From an uncultured Melioribacteraceae bacterium (GTDB lineage Bacteria > Bacteroidota > Ignavibacteria > Ignavibacteriales > Melioribacteraceae): 64,000 nucleotides of DNA. The DNA lies in assembly GCA_965370315.1 (NCBI GenBank), contig CBDUTO010000003.1:13527-77526 (forward strand). The letters are read 5' to 3'. This document shows, piece after piece, positions 56,221-64,000 of this stretch; position 1 is the first letter of the stretch; each line of letters starts with the position of its first letter. The notes beneath the pieces were generated by a model. That model did not search any database. It worked only from the letters and a program-made list of their open reading frames with translations, and was not told the origin of the DNA. Made by a program: the position numbers and the translations under genes.

Positions 56221-56472
56221 ACTGTAATACTCATTAATGTTAATGCAATTCCGCGTAGTATTCTGGAAGGACGTTTTCTGTTTTCAACTTGGTTTGCCAT
56301 AATTTCTACTTGTTATTGCTAAGTTAATAAAATGGAGCACTTTTGGGGGGCAGTTCAATAGTTAAATCATAATTATCTTCAACCTAATTTCATAAATGGG
56401 AAACTAAATTAATGGTCAACAATAAATTTAACATTTAAGATATTGTATAATAGAATTCAATCGCAATGTAGA

Positions 56473-57951
56473 TTACTTTAGTTGGGTAACCTTGAAATGA
56501 TATAAACCTGCTCCATCTGTTGCAATCCAAGCATCTCCTTTGGAATCAAAAGCTACATCAAATATTCCCCAAGCTTTTAATGGTGAATTTCGTATGTTGT
56601 AATATTCTCGATTATAATAATTGGTAAAAATATATAAACCGTTTCTGCTAGCAATCCATTTTTCATTACCGTTTTTAATTTTTATATTATAAACATCTAT
56701 TCCCCTCAATGATGTATATCTGCTATTATTAAATTTGTTATCACTAAAACTAAAAGTAGTTAAACCTGCCATTGCATCAGGTTCCACAATTGAATTCCCA
56801 AACCAAACTGCATCTTCGGCAATTGTAACACAATTATAAAAAGTATGTATAGAAGGTGGATCTAGCTCTGCGAAAAACCGCTCCCCATACTTACTACCAT
56901 CCAAATGTAACAACCCATTAGTTTTGTGAGTTACCCAGATATCATTTTCATCTATTACAGCTATATCTGTAAACCAATTTGCATAAGGATATGTATCAAA
57001 TCTTGTGACTTTCCACGCATTGTTTGATGATATTCCCAAACCATTTTTTGTAGCAATAATTTTTCTACCATCTTCCAGAAACTCAATATCTTCAACCCAA
57101 TTATCCGGAAATGTTGGACTTGTCCCTAAACCTTCATTAATCCATACGCTACCATTATACTTACTTATACCACTGTTTGTTGCAAACCATTTATTATTGT
57201 CTTTATCAACTTTAATACTATTGATAACCATACCAGCTAATCCTGAGTTTTCGATGGAGTAGTATTGCCATTCTCTGCCATCATAACTTGATACACCTTT
57301 TTTAGAACCAACCCAAACGACATCATTTTGATCAACTGCAACTGAAGAAAGAAAATTGTCATGTATTCCTGATGTCTTATCAGAATAATCAACCCAATAT
57401 GTTGTATCAGCTAATTCTAATTTAACTTTCGATATTTGACTACTGTGGACAGGAATTAAAACACTATCAGACCTATGATTCTCTTTTTTAAAAACAAAAT
57501 AAAATTCACCAGGTTTAATACTTGACATTGAAAAAGGTGTAGTGCCAATAAATTTGTTCTGAAAATAGACTTCTACATTATTAGGAGCAGATGAAAAATC
57601 GGCATTCCCCAACATCGATGAATTTTTATAGTAATCAATAAAAATCATTTGAATTGAATCTTCCAAGGGATGAACCACAAAGGAAGTATCTTTGTGATAT
57701 TTCTTCTTTAATGTAAAAGAATACTCTCTTTCTTGCAACCAATTAAGTGTATCTGGTGTTTTGACACCTGAAATCCTCCCATCTTCATAGATACTTGCAC
57801 CACCAGGTTCCGATTTAATTATAACTAAAACCACTGGGACTGGCGTAACTGGTGGACTTACAGATATATCCTGCTCACAACTGTATGATAGTATTAAAAC
57901 AAATAAGGAAGCACTAATTATAATTATATTATTTCTCATTTTAAATCTCAT
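56473..57951 (-). CDS. Lipoprotein with PEGA-like domains and a two-component-regulator-propeller-type beta-propeller
   Basis: 492 aa. Lipobox-like LILSYSC. PEGA-like IKSEPGGASIYEDGRISGVKTP and VEVYFQNKFIGTTP. Reg_prop-like repeats (VWVGSKKGVSSYDGREW, NNKWFATNSGISKYNGSVW, KWIASRNGLYIF, DAWIATDGAGLYHF). Confidence 0.6.
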   Translation of the reverse strand: MRFKMRNNIIIISASLFVLILSYSCEQDISVSPPVTPVPVVLVIIKSEPGGASIYEDGRISGVKTPDTLNWLQEREYSFTLKKKYHKDTSFVVHPLEDSIQMIFIDYYKNSSMLGNADFSSAPNNVEVYFQNKFIGTTPFSMSSIKPGEFYFVFKKENHRSDSVLIPVHSSQISKVKLELADTTYWVDYSDKTSGIHDNFLSSVAVDQNDVVWVGSKKGVSSYDGREWQYYSIENSGLAGMVINSIKVDKDNNKWFATNSGISKYNGSVWINEGLGTSPTFPDNWVEDIEFLEDGRKIIATKNGLGISSNNAWKVTRFDTYPYANWFTDIAVIDENDIWVTHKTNGLLHLDGSKYGERFFAELDPPSIHTFYNCVTIAEDAVWFGNSIVEPDAMAGLTTFSFSDNKFNNSRYTSLRGIDVYNIKIKNGNEKWIASRNGLYIFTNYYNREYYNIRNSPLKAWGIFDVAFDSKGDAWIATDGAGLYHFKVTQLK

Positions 57952-58904
57952 TCACTTTTATAATACCCAAAACTATTTACATAGTCTTTTGATAAAAATA
58001 TTTCAAATTCTTGAGTTATATAAGAACCAAATACTCCAAAACCATTCTCAATATTACTATAATCCCCTTCATCAAGCCCAATGGCAAATGAATTATCCTC
58101 CAAACCTACTGTAAAATAATAGGTTGAAAGGTTTTTATCAAAAACAGACAATTCAAGTAACATAGAAGTAATTGTATAATTCTTTTTTTCAGAATCATTT
58201 ATTGAAATATCCTCCATAGCTTCTGAAATAATATCAAAATCATATTCTATTGAATAATCCCTTGAGAGTAATGGATAAATATATTCAGTTGCATTATCAA
58301 TTTTCATTTTTTTCCAAGGAATTATCTTCATCTTCCTAGTATATAAACCATTTTCTTTCTCTACATAGTTTATTAAAAGCTTTGGTAAATAAACTTGATC
58401 TGGATTTTGGATTATCCAGGTTGTTGTTAGATACCCCTTCGATAAAAGTGTAACGCTAGTATCACTTCTATCTTCGTTCCTCAGCACTTCCGTTGGAACT
58501 AAAGTATTTGAACTTAACCTTCTTCCATTTGGTAATAAAGCTTCTATTTCTAAAATATCACCTTCATTTGGAATGAAATCATTAACATAATAATATTTAA
58601 TGTCTGATTTATATCTGGACGTATCTGTTCTTTCCATTGTTGAATCTCCAAAAATAAAAAGCTCATCGCTCCCTCTCCACAGCCTAATAAGTGCTCCATC
58701 AATAAAGGAGTCCTCAGTATTTTCAAATGGATTAATATTGGAAACGTCGTAACTTTTATAAGCTGTAGCTACTTGAAATGATGAATCACCACGGATAATA
58801 CAGTTTAATGAATATCTCTCTTCATAAGGTGCTTTTGGACTGAAACTTTCATCACAAGAAATAAATATTGTGAGAATGATAATTGTAAAAAAAATAATTC
58901 TCAT
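57948..58904 (-). CDS. DUF4249-like lipoprotein (typical TonB-receptor companion in Bacteroidota)
   Basis: 318 aa. Lipobox IFISC. The size, N-terminal pattern and position directly downstream of a CarboxypepD_reg-type TonB receptor fit DUF4249. The call rests on context plus weak motif memory. Confidence 0.45.
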   Translation of the reverse strand: MRIIFFTIIILTIFISCDESFSPKAPYEERYSLNCIIRGDSSFQVATAYKSYDVSNINPFENTEDSFIDGALIRLWRGSDELFIFGDSTMERTDTSRYKSDIKYYYVNDFIPNEGDILEIEALLPNGRRLSSNTLVPTEVLRNEDRSDTSVTLLSKGYLTTTWIIQNPDQVYLPKLLINYVEKENGLYTRKMKIIPWKKMKIDNATEYIYPLLSRDYSIEYDFDIISEAMEDISINDSEKKNYTITSMLLELSVFDKNLSTYYFTVGLEDNSFAIGLDEGDYSNIENGFGVFGSYITQEFEIFLSKDYVNSFGYYKSE

Positions 58905-61144
58905 ATTTCAACCTTCACATTAACCGAGACAAAAAACGGAAGCATATTGATTCTTTCGCCCGTACTTCTATCATAATAGAACAAGTTTTTTCTGTTATAA
59001 ACATTTGTAATGCTTGCATCAACATATATTCGAGTGTAATTTAAGTCAAAAATCCTAGATATGCCCACATCCATTCTGTGATAAGCGGGTAATCGAATAC
59101 TATTTTTATCTCCTAATACTGAATAAGGGAAATAATAATTATTTATATTATTAATAAATTCAGTAGAGTTAAAAAATAATTTATCATAATAACCAATTAT
59201 TGGCGTGTTTGGTAATCCAGATTTATATGTCCATGTTAACATAGTTTTCCATCCACTTCCAATATTTACTTCGATGGCACAGTTGATTGAATGTTTTGAA
59301 TCATAGCGAGGGTAATAAGTCCAATTATTAACTGTTTTATAAGAATAAGCTAACGTATATCCAACTGAAAGATGCATCATGTTATTTGTATAGTTTAATT
59401 CATTTTCAAGACCATAAGATTCAGCATCTCCTGAAATAAGGTCTTTATCTGATGCAAATTCTTTATCATTATTTATTTCAGTAATATTTTTTGATTTTTT
59501 GTAATAAACTTCACTCACCAAACTTATTTTATCAGTAAAATAAAATGTTACACCAGCATTATAGTGTTCTGATTGAGGTGTTTGAAGATACTCAGGAACT
59601 ATTATGTATGGTTCAAAGACATTAAAAACGTCATTTTCATTTGATATTGTAGTTATTTCTTGTTGAAACTTACCCCAGAACGCCTTAAAGGCAATTACAG
59701 GATTTGGTGTATAGGTAAGTGAGATTCTTGGTTCAAGAAAACCTGTACCAGCTCTAGTTAAGCCTGCAAGATTATACCTTAAGCCAACGTCTAGTCCCAA
59801 TTCATCAAACTGTAATAATTTATATTTCGCAAAAAAGCTAATATTAATCCCTTTTTCATCAATATTAGAATAAGCACCTAATAAATTTTCTATGAAAAGC
59901 TGTGTTTTCAAAACTGTCAACTGAATTCCACCGCTAACTTCATTTTTATTATCCAATATATAATTGTAGTTCAAATTAAATTTATGCTCATTTAATTTAC
60001 TTTCTTTTTCCCTTGTTGAACTATAATTAGGGAGAACTTTACCTTGAAAATTGTTTATAGAATAATTAAACTCTGAAAAAAGTGGGAAGTCGTAAACCTG
60101 AAACCACGAAACACCGAAAATGCTATTAGTCCAATGATAATCTTCTCGTAACGGATTATTAAATTCTAAATTATCTTCACTTATGAAACCATGAAAGGTT
60201 ATCTTTGAACCAGAGATGAAATTTGGGTTGCTGAAATTTATCTTAAATGAAGTATCATAAAAATCAATCGGTATAGTTTGATTACTAAAAAATTTCTTAA
60301 GAATATTAGCGTTATGGCTTTTACGTCCAGTAATAATAAATGAACCATATGGGATTGGACCTTCAAAAACTGCTTTGGCTGTAAGAAAACTTGCAGCGGC
60401 TTTTCCTGAATACCTTGTTCTATTCCCATCTTTGGTAATAAGATTCAAGACAGAAGACAATCCACCACCATACTCGGAGGTATAACCTCCTTTATAGAAC
60501 TCCATTGTATGAATCATTTCGGGATCTATGGCACTAAAAAGTCCCATTGCATGAAAGGAATTGTAAACATTTACTCCATTTAAAAGAACAAGATTTTGGT
60601 TGCTATCTCCTCCTCTAACATAATATCTCGCAGAATAATCAGCAGTAAAATTTACACCGGTAATATATTGTAAAGACCTAAATACATCCGTTTCAACTCC
60701 TTTTGGTATTGCCTCTAACTCTTTTACCGAAATTCTTTTAAGACTTATATCGGTTTCGTTTTTTTCAATTGTTTTTTTACCAATTTTTTCAACTGTTTGT
60801 AATACAACACTGGAAGGCGACAATTTAATATCAATTTTGTTGATTTTGTTTGGATAAACAAAAACAACTATTTCCTTACTTTTATAACCAACATAGGAAA
60901 CAAGTACGGTTAAGCTTTTATTTACTGGTAGTGAAGAGAAATAATAATATCCTCTATCATTGGTTGAAACCCCAGCATTCAGTTCTTCAATCAAAACATT
61001 TCCAAATGCTAAGACTTCTCCGTTTGTCTCATCAGTAATTACACCCCGAATTTTACCGGTTTTTTGACTAAATATTTGTGTGGTAAAAACTATTAGAAAG
61101 ATAAATAGACAAAAAAAACTTACACTATTTTTAACTCTTTGCAT
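58901..61144 (-). CDS. TonB-dependent receptor with N-terminal carboxypeptidase-regulatory-like domain
   Basis: 747 aa. GKIRGVITDETNGEVLAFGNVLIEELNAGVSTNDRGYYYFSSLPVNKSLTVLVSYVGYKS, plug (YYVRGGDSNQNLVLLNGV), barrel ending ...VNVKVEI. Confidence 0.85.
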   Translation of the reverse strand: MQRVKNSVSFFCLFIFLIVFTTQIFSQKTGKIRGVITDETNGEVLAFGNVLIEELNAGVSTNDRGYYYFSSLPVNKSLTVLVSYVGYKSKEIVVFVYPNKINKIDIKLSPSSVVLQTVEKIGKKTIEKNETDISLKRISVKELEAIPKGVETDVFRSLQYITGVNFTADYSARYYVRGGDSNQNLVLLNGVNVYNSFHAMGLFSAIDPEMIHTMEFYKGGYTSEYGGGLSSVLNLITKDGNRTRYSGKAAASFLTAKAVFEGPIPYGSFIITGRKSHNANILKKFFSNQTIPIDFYDTSFKINFSNPNFISGSKITFHGFISEDNLEFNNPLREDYHWTNSIFGVSWFQVYDFPLFSEFNYSINNFQGKVLPNYSSTREKESKLNEHKFNLNYNYILDNKNEVSGGIQLTVLKTQLFIENLLGAYSNIDEKGINISFFAKYKLLQFDELGLDVGLRYNLAGLTRAGTGFLEPRISLTYTPNPVIAFKAFWGKFQQEITTISNENDVFNVFEPYIIVPEYLQTPQSEHYNAGVTFYFTDKISLVSEVYYKKSKNITEINNDKEFASDKDLISGDAESYGLENELNYTNNMMHLSVGYTLAYSYKTVNNWTYYPRYDSKHSINCAIEVNIGSGWKTMLTWTYKSGLPNTPIIGYYDKLFFNSTEFINNINNYYFPYSVLGDKNSIRLPAYHRMDVGISRIFDLNYTRIYVDASITNVYNRKNLFYYDRSTGERINMLPFFVSVNVKVEI

Positions 61145-61409
61145 GATATCTACCCATCATTAAATTATATTAAAAAATATAATAATTTTATTAAATATAA
61201 TAAAAATTGTGGAATAGTTCGCAAAATATATAGCAAACAATTAGATTATCTTACCATATTTTTAGCCATTAAAAGAAAAATACTTCTATTTTAGAGAAGA
61301 ATTAGAGAGCAATATTACTCGAGTTAATTTAACTATTACGATAGATTAGAGGAATGACTCTAAGAAGTACTGTAAGTAACAACTTGACTAAAACGAAAAA
61401 GGATTCCAA

Positions 61410-61435
61410 AATCTGCTATAAGATTTTAGCAGATT
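61410..61435 (-). terminator. Possible intrinsic terminator downstream of the GH16 gene
   Basis: 8-bp perfect stem aatctgct/agcagatt with a 10-nt loop. On the minus strand it is followed by TTGGAATCCTTTTTCGTTTT. Confidence 0.35.
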
Positions 61436-61540
61436 GAAACCCAAAATTTTATAAAATACTATAAACTAAATACAATTCTTTCTCGTTTACTCTTACATAT
61501 TCAATATTCATTTGAATTAGGAATATTGATTGAATACGAT

Positions 61541-63691
61541 TTATTTCATTAGTAATGCCTTTTTTATCGCAGTAAAATTTCCACATTTCAACTTATAGAA
61601 ATATGTACCGCTAGATAAATCATTGCTATTAAATTGCACTGAATATTTTCCAGGCAATTGATGTTTATTTACCAATGTTGCTACTAACTTTCCTAAAGAA
61701 TCGTATACTTTTAATGAAACATATTGCTGTAAAAATACACTACTTAGATTCTCAGCTATCGAGTACTCTATATTTGTTACTGGATTAAATGGATTTGGAT
61801 AATTTTGAAATAGAGCAAAGTCTTTTACTATTTGGTTACCATTTTTAACGGAGTTTGGAATATCAATAGTAAATGGACTATTACTAATGGCTCGCAAAGA
61901 TGAATTATCCTTATCCAAAATCATAATTAAACAATCATTTGAATTAACATTAGGAATCTCCCATCTATAGGATCCGAATAACGCAGGAGTTGTTTGAGTT
62001 ACGAAGTCCCAACTAGTGCCTCCATTAGTGCTAAATCCGATAGAAACATTTTTAACTTTTAAAGAATTCCATCTAATTTCAGCTACATTTCCAATACCAA
62101 GTGTTTCGCCACCTGATGGATACAATAACTCAAGTGATGGAATAGATGTTGGGTCAAAAATATCTAAACGGTTAAAATTAAATCCACCAGCTTCAAAAAC
62201 AATTTTCATTTCATGAACACCTTTGGTAAGACTTATGCCTTCTTCACTTATTGTTTCCCAGGTTTGCCATCCACCCGTTGCAGGAATATTAATAGAACCT
62301 GTAATATCACTACCGTTTATTTCAATATGTAATTTGCCCCCTTGGTTCTGCGATGCAACACGAAAGTCAAAATTATAAGAACCTGTTGTATTAACATTTA
62401 TAATATATTTTAACCACTCGCTAGGTTCAATCCAACCAACATTATATCCACCATCCAGATCGTCACAATTTTCAATATCAACTTGATTAGTCAGTCTATA
62501 TTGACCACCAGCATTAATTACATCATTATCAGAAAATGCAACCCCGGCATCACCAATGTTAAAGTTTTCAATTTCAATCTCTCCTGGTATTTCAAAAGGA
62601 GTTCCAAAATATGGAGCCTCGATACAATCTGAACCAGATTGTAAATTTACAACCCTCGATGTTCCAGTATAGCCATTTTCTCCATTTGCTTTTGCAGTAA
62701 TTTTATAGCATCCAGGATATAAGTTTCGCCATGTCATTTCATACGGACTAACATTTGTTTGTCCTATTTTCATTGCCCCTTGATAAAATTCGACCAAACT
62801 TATTTCATCGTCAAAATCTATATTGGTTGAAATATTTACATTGGAATAAGGTTCAACAATAGAATTATCAATTGGAGACGAAATAGAGATATTAGGAACT
62901 GAGGATTCATCTGCATAAAATCGGACATAATCTACATACATTTTTTGTGGAAATATTGTAGTTCCATCAGGGGAGCCAGGCCAATCGCCACCAACTGCAA
63001 CATTTAGGATAATGAAGAATTTTTCATGGAATTCACTTAATTCTGCTGGAGTTATATCAATTACATGATATTGTTGTCCATCCATTAACCACTTAATACT
63101 CTGTGGAGTCCATTCAATTGTAAAGAGATGATAATCATCAGCAAAGATACCGGTTGATAAAGTATAAGTACCACCATAAGAAGCATGTGAACCAGTTTGA
63201 TCCCAATGAGCAGTTCCGTGAGTAACCTTATCACCACTGGTACCACCAACCATTTCCATAATATCTATTTCACCACATTGGGGCCATCCAATTGAAAAAA
63301 TACTTTCACCAAGCATCCAGAACGCCGGCCAAATTCCTTTTCCAAATGGAAGCTTAATTCTCGCTTCAACTCTTCCATATTGCCATGATTGTTTGCCAGA
63401 CGTAATTATTCGTGCTGAAGTATAATCCTTGCCCAAGTAATTTTCCTTATTTGCTTGGATAACTAGCTTCCCATCTTCGATATAAGAATTATCACTTCTA
63501 TTAGTATAATATTGAAGCTCATTATTTCCCCATCCATTTCCACCAATTTCATGAGTCCAATTTTGCGTATTAATTTCTGTTCCCATAAATTCATCTTGCC
63601 ACACAAGTTGCCAACTCTGAGAGAAAACAAATAGAGGAGTAGTGAATAGAATTATGAATAGTACTCTTAATTTAAATTTGTATTTCAGCAC
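61541..63691 (-). CDS. Secreted GH16 beta-1,3-glucanase (laminarinase-type) with CBM6-like module and T9SS sorting domain
   Basis: 716 aa with a GTG start. GH16 motifs WQDEF, GWGNNELQYY, GKGIWPAFWMLG, catalytic GEIDIMEMVG, YVDYVRFY. CBM6-like IEIENFN...GWIEPSEWLKYIINVNTTGSYNFDFRVAS...GGWQTWETI. C-terminal QNYPNPFNPVTNIEY...GTYFYKLK. Confidence 0.85.
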   Translation of the reverse strand: MLKYKFKLRVLFIILFTTPLFVFSQSWQLVWQDEFMGTEINTQNWTHEIGGNGWGNNELQYYTNRSDNSYIEDGKLVIQANKENYLGKDYTSARIITSGKQSWQYGRVEARIKLPFGKGIWPAFWMLGESIFSIGWPQCGEIDIMEMVGGTSGDKVTHGTAHWDQTGSHASYGGTYTLSTGIFADDYHLFTIEWTPQSIKWLMDGQQYHVIDITPAELSEFHEKFFIILNVAVGGDWPGSPDGTTIFPQKMYVDYVRFYADESSVPNISISSPIDNSIVEPYSNVNISTNIDFDDEISLVEFYQGAMKIGQTNVSPYEMTWRNLYPGCYKITAKANGENGYTGTSRVVNLQSGSDCIEAPYFGTPFEIPGEIEIENFNIGDAGVAFSDNDVINAGGQYRLTNQVDIENCDDLDGGYNVGWIEPSEWLKYIINVNTTGSYNFDFRVASQNQGGKLHIEINGSDITGSINIPATGGWQTWETISEEGISLTKGVHEMKIVFEAGGFNFNRLDIFDPTSIPSLELLYPSGGETLGIGNVAEIRWNSLKVKNVSIGFSTNGGTSWDFVTQTTPALFGSYRWEIPNVNSNDCLIMILDKDNSSLRAISNSPFTIDIPNSVKNGNQIVKDFALFQNYPNPFNPVTNIEYSIAENLSSVFLQQYVSLKVYDSLGKLVATLVNKHQLPGKYSVQFNSNDLSSGTYFYKLKCGNFTAIKKALLMK

Positions 63692-63694
63692 GCT

Positions 63695-64000
63695 TTATTC
63701 CTTTTCGTATACTCTCACATAATCTATGTCCATCTGTACTGGAAATATTGAATTATCAATCCCTTGAGCACCTCCCCAATTACCACCGAAAGCAATATTC
63801 ATAATTAGATGGAACCTTTTATCGAAAGGCCATTCTCGATAAGAATTATTTTGATTTTCAAAAAAGAAGTATTTATTATCATCTATGTAAAAATCGATTC
63901 TATCTTCATTCCATTCAATAGCATAAACGTGGTAATCACTAATTGCTGTAGGAACTGTTATGTTATTACCTACTTGTGAACCTATTTTGTGATTAAAAGC
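63695..64000 (-). CDS. C-terminal part of a second GH16-family glucanase (N-terminus outside window)
   Basis: Own translation: ...DYHVYAIEWNEDRIDFYIDDNKYFFFENQNNSYREWPFDKRFHLIMNIAFGGNWGGAQGIDNSIFPVQMDIDYVRVYEKE, then a stop at 63695-63697. Confidence 0.75.
   Translation of the reverse strand, partial: AFNHKIGSQVGNNITVPTAISDYHVYAIEWNEDRIDFYIDDNKYFFFENQNNSYREWPFDKRFHLIMNIAFGGNWGGAQGIDNSIFPVQMDIDYVRVYEKE

Noticed and set aside
54876-56230. Target-site duplication flanking the intact IS
   Set aside because: The flanks (…gtgaaggcc and actgtaata…) share no direct repeat at the boundaries I can define. Either the ends are a few bases off or the copy arose by recombination between copies.

Overview
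AT-rich bacterial chromosomal segment. Coding is almost entirely on the minus strand, with short or overlapping gene junctions. At least six secreted proteins end in the ...YPNPFNP(S/T)T...GIYFY...K-x-x-L-x-K C-terminal sorting domain of type IX secretion (T9SS), a seventh (48864-51998) has a more divergent tail, and a PorV-like barrel is present. This points to an FCB-superphylum organism (Ignavibacteriota/Bacteroidota-like); that placement is inference from sequence style only. I see four blocks. (i) 1-24.4 kb is an unbroken, co-directional array of signalling genes: five kinase or PAS-type sensor proteins, one CheY-like regulator, an orphan CheR and a membrane-anchored binding-protein-like gene. 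It also holds two paralogous TonB-dependent receptor / YfiR-like (DUF4154) / histidine kinase cassettes, which I consider the best candidate for an undescribed system. (ii) 24.4-32.4 kb is an accessory patch riddled with decayed copies of one IS481-like element. It carries a fused double adenylate kinase, a methyltransferase, two T9SS cargo genes, an IS256-type transposase relic and a tRNA 3' fragment. (iii) 32.4-54.7 kb is a 22-kb co-directional glycerophosphodiester/organophosphate scavenging locus (glpD, GntR-type regulator, glpQ, glpT, HAD, SGNH, purple-acid-type phosphoesterase). It is interleaved with LamG and lamin-tail T9SS cargo and headed by a TonB receptor / 1044-aa protein / PorV-like triad. 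(iv) 54.9-64 kb holds the one intact IS copy, a TonB receptor-DUF4249-PEGA/propeller operon and two tandem GH16 glucanases. I found no rRNA, intact tRNA, CRISPR array, prophage or recognisable defence or toxin genes. All domain calls come from motif recognition by eye on the supplied translations or my own translations; no searches were run.
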